From Dimorphilus gyrociliatus (lineage: Eukaryota > Animalia > Annelida), in the NCBI GenBank assembly GCA_904063045.1, contig CAJFCJ010000005.1, positions 1,255,988-1,319,987 on the forward strand: a DNA stretch of 64,000 bases, in the 5' to 3' direction. Each line of letters opens with the position of its first letter. Positions within the stretch are counted from its first letter, which is position 1. Shown here one piece after another: positions 50,645 to 63,828 of this stretch. A program made the position numbers and the translations under genes. The notes beneath the pieces were generated by a model. It saw nothing but the letters and a program-made list of their open reading frames with translations. It did no database searches and was not told the origin of the DNA.

Positions 50645-53600
50645 TCATTTTCCTTCTGTAGATGTTAGTGTTATATTTTTATTCTCATACCAAGCTTTTT
50701 CTAGCTCACACGCTTGTTGCAGGTAAATTTTTGCTTGCTTAATCTCCTTCTCAAGACGAACAATATCTCCTTCTGTAATGCCTAAAGCCCATCCGTTCTC
50801 CTTCAATGCAGCAAAAAACCGAAGGCGATTTTCTTGCAGTATCAATTTACCACTAAAAAGTTTTAAACAATTTAATTCAAGAAAAAAACCACAACGTAAT
50901 GTAATACCTTGAAAATGAATATTCTGCAAAGCATTTCCGGACAATTAATTCTAGTCTACTTTCTAGTTTTTCAATTAATTGAAAAACTTTTTTTTGGTAC
51001 CTTTTAAAATCTATCTCTGTCAGATTCAAGTCATTACTTGAAAAAGCTGGAATAAACTTCAAATTTTTTCCAACAAAACAAGACCCTAGAACGTCAGTTA
51101 TCGTAAGATTTTGAGCAGAAAGACCATGTATTGACAGCCATTTTTTAGATGACATAAATTTTCGTGTTCTACAAAAAAAATATTAAACAAAAGTTACAAA
51201 ATATATTACTTACTTTTTCCCCAACTTTCTTCTATGGTCAGGATTCACTGCAAAAAAACCTCTTGTAATTTGTGAACTACTTTACATATTAATAACCTGT
51301 GCAAAAGTTCTTTCGTTTTATTTGATCATCTAAAAGTTTCTGCGATTCTGGTAAGAGCCACTTTGAAGATATATCTGACGTGTCACCAACGCACAGAGAA
51401 CGCAAAATACTGCTTTTGGTATGCCCTTTAAAATTTATGGAAGGCCACTTAAGAGGAGCAAATATTACTTTCAAAATTACAAACCAGCCAAATATTCTCC
51501 AACAAAATTCAACGAAGTGTCTGAAACAACACGCAATAAATACTATGATATAATAAAAAACACACTTACAAGTAGGTGTATCCAAATGAACCACTCTCCT
51601 TTGCCTTACAACACATAGTCGCTGACCAAGAGCACTATCAGGTCGGCGTGGAGAATTACAAGTAGGAGGTGCTGGATAGTGCATTGGTGCACTTTGTGGC
51701 CTAATATCTTTAACAATGTGATGATGTTCTTTTCCAGTCCATGACAATTGAGAGCACTCATCACGTAATAGAGCAATTTGTTCTAAATTTCTATAGCCTG
51801 CTTCTAACTCTTGACGAAGTAATCGAATATCTTCACTCTGTGTTTAAAATTCAATAATTATGAATACAATTCTGGGCAGAATTTAAATCTGTCATAAAAT
51901 ATACCTCCCAAGGTTGTGGACCATCTATGTCAATACCATTTTCTGAGTAGTAGTGAAATCTTCCACCAGTAGCTCTTGCTAAGTCATACAAAAATTGATT
52001 AGCTTCCTTGTCAGCACAATTAAAAGATATGCTGTGAACGGGAACTTTTGAACACAGCTGAATTTGAGCCAAGATTGATTTAGTAGGCTACAACAAAAAA
52101 TGTTCAAAATATTATTGATTAAAAAAAATAGATCAATCTGATGAACATAGTAAGTAACTCGTTCAATAGTAATTGCCTACATTTAATATGAAATTACTTT
52201 AGAAAAAAAATTCCGTTATGAAAAAATTTAAAAGCTAACTTGATCGGGTCTTCCATCAGACAAAAGATAAACGGCTTGAGAAGAGGGGTCATTGACTGCT
52301 GTCTTAATAGCAGCCAAGGTGTTCGTAGAGCCTCTGCATTCCAGACCCTAAGGATAAAATCCATGAAGCATTTATAAAATCAGAATTCTTATTTCACAGA
52401 AAAAATTAAGACAAACCTTTATCCACTCCCATGCATTTTGCAGATTCTTTTCATTGACATCAACCATTCTGTCTTTCCAAGGTGAACACTTGGAATCAAA
52501 GCCTACCAAATTAAATTTCTGCTTGTGTCGCAATTGCTCCTAAACAAAGTCAAATTAAGGACGTTTTAATAGAAAACTTATAATAAAAATATCTTCAAAC
52601 TACTTGCATAAGAACAAATAATTTGTCTTTAACAAATTGAATATGTGGGGCCATTGACGCTGACGTATCAATTAGAAAATAAATTTGATCTTCTATCACT
52701 GTACCAAACAGTTCTCTACTCCCTTGTTGTAGCCAGTCAATTCTTTGCTGGATTGATTCCAATGCAGTTTTCATTCCACTCTCATAGTTTCTATGAACTT
52801 CTGGAGTCACTTGAACATGAACGATCTGCATTTAAAAAAAATGAATGAATGATTTCTTTTAGCGTTACGAAAAAAGTCAACCTACTTGTCCGTCCTTCCA
52901 TCTGACATGAGGAAACTTGTTACAATATTTAGCATTAATAAGTTTCTGACGAGAAATCTGTTAAAGCAGTGCAAGTTATATCTTATCAAGTGCAAAAATT
53001 TAATCAACTTGAAAACAAGAACACTAATATATTTACCGCATCAGTTTGGAATTCAGTTTTCGGCGCTTCTTTAACATCAACAACACCATCTCGATGCTTA
53101 AAAGCAACTCCAGATAATACATCAAAAAAACTTAACTTTCTAGCCTTCAGACCGTAAACCTCAAGCCATTCACGAGAACTCATATATTGTTCATTTTTAG
53201 AATTTCCCATGCTAGTAGATTGAAAGTTCGTTTTATTTCTATTTTTATTATCCCTATTTGATGATCTTTGCGTTAATGGAAAGTCCTCAATGAGTCCTTG
53301 AATTTGAGCTAGATTGTTTCTGGCTTCTTCCAGTTCTTCAAACAACTCCATAACATCTTCTCGAACACCGGCTTCTGGTGGAACGCCTCCATAAGTTTTC
53401 TTTCTTAGCATAACATTTGATTGCATTCCTTGGGAGTCACCTGCTTTTTCGTCATAAGCATCCATTTCCATTACAACACCGTAAGCGTGAAATCTTCAAT
53501 GTGTGACAAATTTTTTTCGTAAATATTAACATATAGATGTTTTCGTAAAGATTTAAGCTTACCTTCCGCCTGTGAAACGAACCAACTCTCTAAGATATTT

Positions 53601-54790
53601 GATGATGATACGATCTGTACAGTTGTATGAGACAACATGAACAGGTATTCGAACTCCAGTCAACTTTAAAAAACAAATAAAATTAGATTTTTTATTAGAT
53701 TTGATCTATTTTTAACCTTTTCTTTTAGAAGATGCATTGAACTTTCAACAGAGCTCCCTTCCGTAAATAAATAGACAGCTTCAGCCTAGAGAAAATTTTC
53801 TTAAACTAATATATTTAGATATTGAATAATTTCTTGTAAACATACATTTTGATCTGAGACTGCTCTTTGAACAGCCTCAGCCGTAGCTGTAGCAGAAATA
53901 GGAGACGATCTATCTAAACTCCAAATCCATTTAATGGCTCTTTGTACACATTCAGAGGTGACTGGAAGACATTCTTTGCTAAAAACATCTATATCTTCAG
54001 CTACCCGAATAATATTAAATTTTGTTGCATGTACAATTTGCTCTCTAATTACTCGTTCTATGGCTGAACGATACTGATCAAATTGCTGTGGGGTGGCATT
54101 TTTAATGTCTAATACGATGCATATTGATTTCTCAAGTATTACACCAAATACTCTACGACTTTCACATGTCAACCATTCAAGACGGCGTTTATACAAATTG
54201 ATGGCTTGGCATAATCTTGTTTCTATTGCATTCAATTTCTCTTTTCCACATGAGATCTACATTTAGTATTGTATATTTAAATACCATTTAGTAATATTCT
54301 ACACTCGTATTGATTTTAGCAACTTTTCTCATTTAAAAAACTTACATTAAATGTTCGACCATCGTTTCTAAAAAACCTCTGAAAGAGATTTGTACCATAT
54401 CTTGAACATATGGGCTTGCGCATGGAAGCATCAAAATCTGTATAGTTTAAATTTTTGTCAGTTCTTAAAGTCTTTATACTCAGTTTACAAAGACTTATCG
54501 ATTTGCTACACCTTTCTCATGCAATGGTTGTTCTAACACTCACCGTCGCTATGTCGAAAGCCAATCAAAGGTAAAAGGTGATGCATATCCAAACGATTTC
54601 TTTTTAGACCATAATTGGAGAGCCATTTTCTTGTAGATACTAACCCTTTAACATCCACCTCCCATTCCTTTGGAGGAACTCTATCAATACTTATCTCTGG
54701 ATCAAATGATTCATGATCATCTGTAGTAAAGTTTGCTGACCCGACGGGTGTAAAATCGAATGAGGGCTCTATAGGTAGTAAATTATCCAT
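50645..54790 (-). CDS. VWA3B: VWA3B-like protein, copy B (short form lacking the Tudor-like C-terminus)
   Basis: 5' exons are identical to copy A. 3' exons (51648-50645) are diverged homologues (HTKSSILR; MSSKKWLSIHGLSAQNL; GDIVRLEKEIKQAKIYL) with intact-looking splice sites, ending TSTEGK*. Confidence 0.75.
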
Positions 54791-55074
54791 TCTGTCTTTA
54801 TTAAATATTCAAATTGTTTCCCACTTACTTTCAGAGTATGCATTTTTATCGAAGATATTTATACTAAGCACATTATCCATGGACATCATTAAATTCAAAT
54901 ATGGATAGCTTTTATTTCAAAAATATTTCCTTAACATCAACAGTGTTTTATTGTTAATTTACCCTATAAAATATATATTCAACTAATGCAACAAATTTCA
55001 ATTGGGTATTGTGTGGTTGCTAACGTAGCTAACCAATGAGCTGATACTTTTTCCATTCATAATCATTTTCGTAT
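51649..55074. repeat. Direct segmental duplication, copy 2 (3426 bp)
   Basis: Counterpart of 46680-50105. Confidence 0.97.
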
Positions 55075-55321
55075 AAATGTTTAGAATTCTTTTTTTAATG
55101 TAATCAAGTTGTTTTCTTTTTATGTTCTATTCTGAATATTTTACTGAGTAATTTTCTAAAATGATTTATTAGATCTTTGTACTAATTATATTTTAGTTGG
55201 TGAATAATTTCAAGAATCAGCAGTTGTGTTAGAATCATCCATTTTTGATGATAAATAAGCAGCTACATAAAATTAACATAAATGTGGAAAAATTTACAAT
55301 TTCTGCAGTGTTAATTAGTGT

Positions 55322-58300
55322 TTAACATTCAACCAGTTGTCTTTTTATGGCTTTTTCTAAGTTTATTCTCTCGCCAACTTGCGTTATTCCCATTTGAAAT
55401 AGCTCTGTTCGACCCAAACGCATTAGAGCCTTTCCGTCTACGTGATGACTTTTGAATCTTGTTTTATATCTGCTCATGTCGATTTGATCTAACCAATCTA
55501 AAACGTCGGAAACTGTCCAGTCAAGAATATTTGGCTGTTTAACTTTATCTTTTTTATTAAACAGATCAGGCGGGTCGATAATATTTGAATCAACTATATC
55601 TCCAAATTCAGGCGGAGGAGGAACAACAGATTGATGTAAATCATCAATGTCCATTGATGATTTTTCCTCATCGTTTCTGAAAGAACTCAAGGTTGAGCTA
55701 TTTACTTTCTTGCCTGCTTTAAAACCTTTAATAACTTCTTCTATATCTTTATTACCAGAGGTACTTGAATCTAATTTATTTCTTCTTAGCTGGATTGCCA
55801 TAAGAAGCGGGTCAGCATCAGGTGTATTATTTGTTCGCAAATGAATTTTCTCCTTATTTTCCTTTTTTTCAACTGACATGTTAGATTGATTGTTTATTCC
55901 ATTCTCTTTTGGCAATATTGAAGATGGAGGTGGAGGAGGTGCTGGTGGAGGAGATATACTAGAATTCGATTTTCCAGGTCCAGGTAAATTTAAAGGAGGG
56001 GCTGGCGGTATGACAACAGAAGAATTAACTTTTGCGGGAGACGGCGGTTCGCTATCCTCATAATCTGGTGTGGGTTCATCGTCAAGCATTGTTTCTTCAA
56101 TCACAGCAGATTCCGTTATTTTCTCAGCTGAAGACAAAGATTGCTTTGCAGATTTCTCCTGTATCATATTATGAATTTCGTTTGCTGTCAGTCTTCTAGG
56201 TGTTGCTCTAGAACGAATTGAAGCTGGTACTTTTAAAGATCCATTTTCTACTAGGAAAATCAGAAAATTAAACACACTTTGAAAAGTATTAATTAATATG
56301 GTCGAATAATATGCTACTACCATTGGAAAAATCTTTAAACATTTTACTCCCAGCAGACAAGCTAGTTGAAGGATGCCGAGCAGGAGGAGGTGGTCTCAAT
56401 ACTAAAAATTATAATAATTTCGAAAATGAAATACATAAAACACTTATATTACTCACTATTTATTTCTTTCTGACTACCATTTAAATTAATGTCTGCAACC
56501 GTCATTATTTTCAAAGTTAGAGTATCACCCGACTGCTTAATAAAGCGTACAGCCTCTTCATGACTTGAAGATGCTACATTATGCCCATTTATTTCTAAGA
56601 TATAATCTCCAGATTTCAAGCCAGCTTTATATGCAGCACTACCACTATCTACTCTATCCAAGAACTGAAGAGCAGGTATTTGAGGAGTTGGAACAAAGTT
56701 AATCGATTGCAATCCTTGAGCTAATTTAAAAATAGTCTCTGTGAAAAATTTCTCTCAGATACTTTTAGGGTAAGGAGTCCCTACCTTTAGTCCCTCGTAA
56801 TACAAATCCAAAACCGTTTCGACCTTTTTGTAGCACAACCGTTCTGGCTCCGACAGAACTGAAAGAATACTCTCTATAATCAAATTATTGAAACTAAATC
56901 TAGTAAAAATATTTAAAAAAATTTAAAGTTTCCAACCTGCCTCTCTCCAGTAAAGCATAGAAAGCATCTTTCTTAACAACTATTGAATCTGATGATATGT
57001 CGCTTGAAACTAAAAAATATTAATATAAGAAAGGTGATAGTTTACTTTTATTATATAATATAAGTCAGATTATTTGGTACGTAACTTACTTGTAGATCTT
57101 AAAGAAGAGTTTGGATCGGAAAAAACAGTGTTTGGTGATATGGGTACGCTCGAAATTGTTGTTGACCCTGCTGGAACGCTCACCACCGATTGAGTCGGAG
57201 AAGCTGGACGTGAAAATCTTCCAGCCAAGTTGATTCTTGGGTCACTCTTTGATCTGGTTAAAGTTCCGGCTGTCCAAACAGATCGCCTTCTTTTATTATA
57301 CTGAGGTACTTCTTGTATAGGCACTAAAATTTTTAAAAGTCAAATGAAAAATAGAGTAATCAAATAAAATGGTAAATCTCTACCTATTTCATCTAAGCTG
57401 AAATTCTGAATAATATTCGCAATATTAAAGTTGTCTGCGATAACAGCTACCTGTCTAGGATCCTGATTAGCAAAATTTTGGATCGACTTTTCCGCCCCTC
57501 TAAACAAAAGCATTCGTACACAACCTTCCCGGCCGTTTAGAGCTGCTACATGAAGTGGGGTATTCCCCGAATTGTTTTGAACGTTCATGTCAGCTCCGTA
57601 ATAGAGTAAATGCTCCAAAGTCTGTTCATTTCCATGCTTACAGGCGTAGTGAGTCTCCGTCCAGCCTTGATCATCACTCAAGCACAAAACAGAGTGATCA
57701 TGTAGGAGATTTTCAGAAATTCTTGAATCAACGTTATTAGCAACAGCTAAAAACAATGGAGTCAAGCCCAAACGATCTTTATAGTTCGGTGATGCACCAA
57801 GATCTAAGAGTATTTTCACAGCTTCAAAATTATTAGCCATTGCTGCTGAATGAATAGCAGTATAACCGTCTCTATTCCGAAAGTCTAAATGAGCACCTCC
57901 ACTAAAAAGTGATATCACGATATTTTTTATAACAGGCTTTTTCATAATTGAAACTGCAATAGTTAAAGGTGTTTCTCCACTTTCTGTCTCTATAAAATTT
58001 GAGTCTAACCCTTTGTTGGTCATTGAATTTATTTTTTCTACATCTCCTTTTTTAACATAATCAAAAAACTGTCTTAAGTTGCCCTTGGTATGAATTTGCT
58101 TTAATTTTCGAGTATTTATATTGAGAAGCTTATATACCCTTCTTTTATACTTAAATTCCAAATGTCCTACACCATTAGCAACAGGATATTCTCCTAGCCT
58201 ACGCTCCTCATCTAGAAATTTGCCTGCTCGAGCATTTTGGGGAGGTAGATATAAGCCATAATTCAGTCCATCTTTAACTTCCTATTAATTTGAAGTAAAA

Positions 58301-58541
58301 CTTATAAAAAAAGAAATTTTGAAAGATTCTTACATTATGCAAAGATTTAAGTATCTGCTGCTTTGCTACCCAAACAGTTTCGTTCAAATCAAATCTCATG
58401 GATATGGGTTGATTCTGAGCATAATAGGAATATATTAGTGGCAAGAAAGTTTAAATCGGTGACATGTAGTATAGTAGTGCGTGGTACCTGATCTTTCCTG
58501 TCTGGTATGGTTATTCGAATCAAAATGCTATCTTCTGCCAT
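55322..58541 (-). CDS. SHANK: Shank/ProSAP postsynaptic scaffold (SPN, ankyrin repeats, PDZ, Pro-rich, SAM; no SH3 seen)
   Basis: SPN domain (LNYGLYLPPQNARAGKFLDEERRLGEYP..LEFKYKRRVY), ankyrin repeats (GETPLT..HLDFRNRDG..LGASPNYKD), PDZ (GFGFVLRG..PQIPALQFL), PPxxF motifs, and C-terminal SAM (WTVSDVLDWL). Confidence 0.95.
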
Positions 58542-59571
58542 GATTCTTCCGCTTTAGGCAGCATGAAAATATAGTCCACACCATAAAATTATTAGAGTGA
58601 ACTGGTGGCAATCTGACTTCATGCAGAGGATAGTTATCTCAAAAAAAACGTGTAGCTCTTATCTTTACAAAGTATTCGAGCAATGTGACATTCGAAAAAA
58701 GAGCTGTAGAAAAAATTCGTATATATCGTCAATTGATAAAACTATTTGAGGCCTACAGCTTGTTGAAACAAATTTTATCTGGTTAAAAGTTTAGTAAAAT
58801 AATAAAATGATTGTATGAAGCCTAATTTTGAGCATGACGATAGAACTCATACTTTATCACATCTTTATATAAATATCCTACGTCGTATTCAAACATTAAC
58901 AACAATAAATATGCAATAAAATCAACTTATAAACAACAATTAGCTGTCTAGTAGAGAAATTTATTCTATAAATATTGTCAACCCAACTACACAACAAAAC
59001 TTATCCGAGTGCTTACATAACATGTTATTACCCATAAGAAAAAGATTTTAAGCCGTGCAAAGCGAAGTTTTAATTAAATCAGTTTAGCTTAGAGTGGTTC
59101 GAATATAATCACATCACTTTAGAGCGAATTACCTTTTCTGGTCTCATGAAACGCAAACTTACCAATTGTTAGAAATATACGTAATAATTTCTTTTGATGA
59201 ATGATCAATTAAAAAGAATCACAAACCCAAGTCTCGTTTGTCAATTTATCTCGTTTTGCCACGCCAGTAACAATGAGTGACAAGAGTTCTTACTCACACT
59301 CAATCATTTTTTTTTAACAGCGCCACCACAATAACAAATGATTTTATTATGTTTAAATGCACTAGAATAAGTTTTGTGCTAACTAGGACTTTATTTGATA
59401 AAACACAGTGACTTATTGAAAATAAAACCTATTGCTGTAAAAGCGAGCAGGGAAAATGAGTTGTGTTTTCCTAAAAGGTAGATCCTAGCAAAATACAAAA
59501 ATACCTGTCGTCCTCATTGAGAGTCTCTGGATGAAATTAACGCCATCTATCGCACATAAATATTTTTAAAG

Positions 59572-61445
59572 ATGGCGGCCAGGGGTCCCATACAATTTTG
59601 TTTTTCAACTGTTCGATGGATTCCAGTTTTATTTATTACTGCAATCATATCATGGTCATATTATGCTTATGTCATTCAAATGGTCGCTTGTTCGTATATA
59701 TTTGTTAAATAACCACTGATGTTTAATCATTCTCTCTTCCTCTTTAGTCACAATTGATAATACTGCAGAAAAAATTATTCTGTCTATTATTTATCATCCC
59801 ATATTAGTGTTATTTCTTTGGGCATATTGGCAGGCCATTTTTACTCCTCCAGGCAGGCCTTCGCGAGAAGTATAGACAGATATGTCATTTTAAATCATAT
59901 GTAAATTTTTATTTTCAGTTTTATTTGTCTCCAAGTGATGAAGCTGCTTTGAGTCGTGAAGACAATGAGTCAGCTCAATCAGAAATATTTAAAGAGCGAA
60001 GTAAACATCTCCCGATTTATTGTCGAAATATGTTAGGAGGTAAAAAAACGAAATTGTAAGATTTCCAAAAATTTAACATTCATTATCAATAATTATATAG
60101 AGATTCGATATTGTGAAAAATGTAATTGTATCAAACCTGATCGATGTCATCATTGCTCAGTGTGCGGTCACTGTGTGCTCAAAATGGATCATCATTGCCC
60201 ATGGTAATACAAGAATTTCAATCCAAGTACATAATTCTTACATCATAATTTCAGGATCAACAATTGCGTTGGCTATACGAACTATAAATTCTTCGTCTTA
60301 TTCCTTTTTTATGCCCTTCTTTATTGCTTTTATGTAGCATCTTCGTCCTTGAAGTATTTTATCTTGTTTTGGAAGGTAACCTTATTTCTTATTAAAAATG
60401 TTAATTATCAAAACTTTCTTAAAGGGGGGTATCGAATCTAACAAAGGAATGGGCAAATTTCACATTCTATTTCTCTTCTTCGCTTCAATAATGTTCGCTG
60501 TGTCACTCATCTCGTTATTCAGTTATCATATATATTTGACTCTTTGTAATAGGTCAACCCTCGGTTTGTAATAGTTTTTGCAAAATCGTTACTTTAATTT
60601 ATGTTTTTGCAGAATCTTTTCGTACACCATATTTTCAAAGTGGCCCAGACAAAGATGCTTACAATCTTGGTAAATTAGCAAATTTCAAAGAAGTTTTCGG
60701 TGAAAATAAGAATCTTTGGGTTCTGCCTGTTTTTACAAGGTAAAACTTCTATATTATAAGTTTTTTAATTTTTCTTGGGGTATAAACTTGAAAGCATGTC
60801 AAGTATTTAAAACACAGATTTCATTAACCTACAATTCATGTGAAAATACCAATTAACTTGCATAAATTTAAGTTAACCCAAAAAATATCTAAAGAAATTA
60901 TCAATGAACAGTATAAACTCGATTTTATTTAACTAGTGCTGGGGATGGTGTTGTATTTCCAATGCGAGTTTCGTCGCAAAACGGCACTAACTACCATACG
61001 ATGGAAGCGCCACCTGTTCAACAGGACGAATTGGATCAAAGTGTTGAAAGGTATTAATTTGGTGCTCAACATTTTTATCGAATGAGTGAATTTTTGTTTG
61101 TGATATGTGAAGGTACTCTTCATACGATATTTTGATGCTCGTTCTGTCTGGTGGCGCTTTGCATTCCCATTATATTACATTTAATTGATAAATTTTCCAT
61201 TTTTCATAATGCACTTCTTCATAACAGTAAAGGTGACGGAACAAACTTTCCGATTCGAACAATAGATGAAGATTATGATTCTTTACTTGGACAACGACAA
61301 AGATGGATGGAGGCGGGAAATAATGAAGGTATAGACTAAATGAAACTAAAGCAATGTAATCGCGTTAGATTTTATATTTAAAATTGAACCTCCGTCGTTA
61401 GTTTCAGCTGATTCTGAACAATTACATAGCTACACATTCTCGTAA
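59572..61445 (+). CDS. ZDHHC20: DHHC palmitoyltransferase, ZDHHC2/15/20 group
   Basis: [33 protein letters not shown]|INNCVG, STLESFR (TTxE-like) and PVFTS-xGDG. The terminal exon is ambiguous: stop at 61445 or 61601. Confidence 0.93.
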
Positions 61446-62016
61446 AGGTACAATTTATCGTGTTGTTTAATTGTTACGAAACACCTTCCGAATTGCATAA
61501 ACTATAGTCTGAAACATAGTCGAGTGTTCATTAGCTATTTGCATTACTAATATCTTTCATTTTCAGCTCACGACAACAACGCTATGAATACCAGTATGTA
61601 ATCTATGGAAGCTACCAACACATACATGTGATAAAATAGTTTCATTTTTATCCTGCCGCCTGAAAACAAAGCAATCTCATATCAGGCACCTATTTGAATA
61701 ACTAAACTGTCTTTTGTATATAAGGATCATTTTTATAAAGAGAAATAATATTTAACATTTCATTTATATACCTTTAATTTTAATTCAATGTTAGCCTAAG
61801 ATTCACTGTTATATCGTGCTTTACCGAGGGTAGCAAGTTTTAATGTAATTGATGACACATACTCATTTTAAACTCTAGGTAATATAGTAATTCATTATAA
61901 GCTTTTCTTTTTTGTTTATGATCGATATAAAAACTCAAATTGAAAATTTTGAAAACAATGTATTCCCCGATCTTTCTGTAGTATTATTGTTAAAAAAAAT
62001 TAATGTAAGTTTAAGG

Positions 62017-62936
<920 letters not shown>

Positions 62937-63828
62937 GATTACTTGAATTTGTTGTGCTTCGAAACAGAAATGCTGATTTCCTTAGCAAAGCGAAAATTTG
63001 TCTAAAAAAACTGGCATGTCTAAACAGACCAGATTTGCCTTACCATTTTTTAGACCTACCCACAAACGTTTTTGAATGTGTGTGAAGTAAACTTCTAATT
63101 CAATTTTAACATTCATAATTACCTGATTAACTTTCTGTAGTTAAAAATTCTAATTGTATGCATGTAAACAAAATTTTTATTAGCAACGTAGTTCCGAATA
63201 TAATATGTCCTAAAAGATACAGCTGTTTCCGTTAAATATGTATCACAATTAAAATATAAATGCTATTATTGTCAAACAAATATGCGAAAGGCTGTTGCAA
63301 ATTATATTTATCATTCTTCAACAAAACATTATGATTAAATTTATGAAATGCTTGTAATATATTCTCTTCAAGTTTTATAGTATTTTCCAGCAATATTATG
63401 TAGACTTTCAGGAAAGCCAAAAGGCCATGACCAGCGCTTCTGAAAAGTGCATCTAATAGACCTTAAACTTCTACTGTAGATAATCATTTATAAAAAATTT
63501 CAAAATCACAAACACATAAATTTAGAAGAAAATCTTATTTCGTAAGTCATCAACTTCTTGAAGCCTTGATGTATTTTTAAAAAAATATATTTTTGAATGA
63601 TTGTATTATTTGTAAAACTTGGTCAAACATTCATACAATGTATTTTCAAATATTTTTAACTAGTATCAAGTGCTTATCCCTTATTTTTTAAAGAGAATTA
63701 GAAGAAATAATATTCATTATGTTAAAAGGAAGTCGAAGATATAACATTAAAACGAAATTAACACGACATTACTTTACAGGACATCTTGCAGCTTTTAAAT
63801 ACTATGAAAGACCTCAGCAAATAATCGC

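Noticed and set aside
63420-63500. Possible SECIS-like or other structured RNA (ATGA...AAA)
   Set aside because: No selenoprotein gene on that strand, and no convincing stem pairing.
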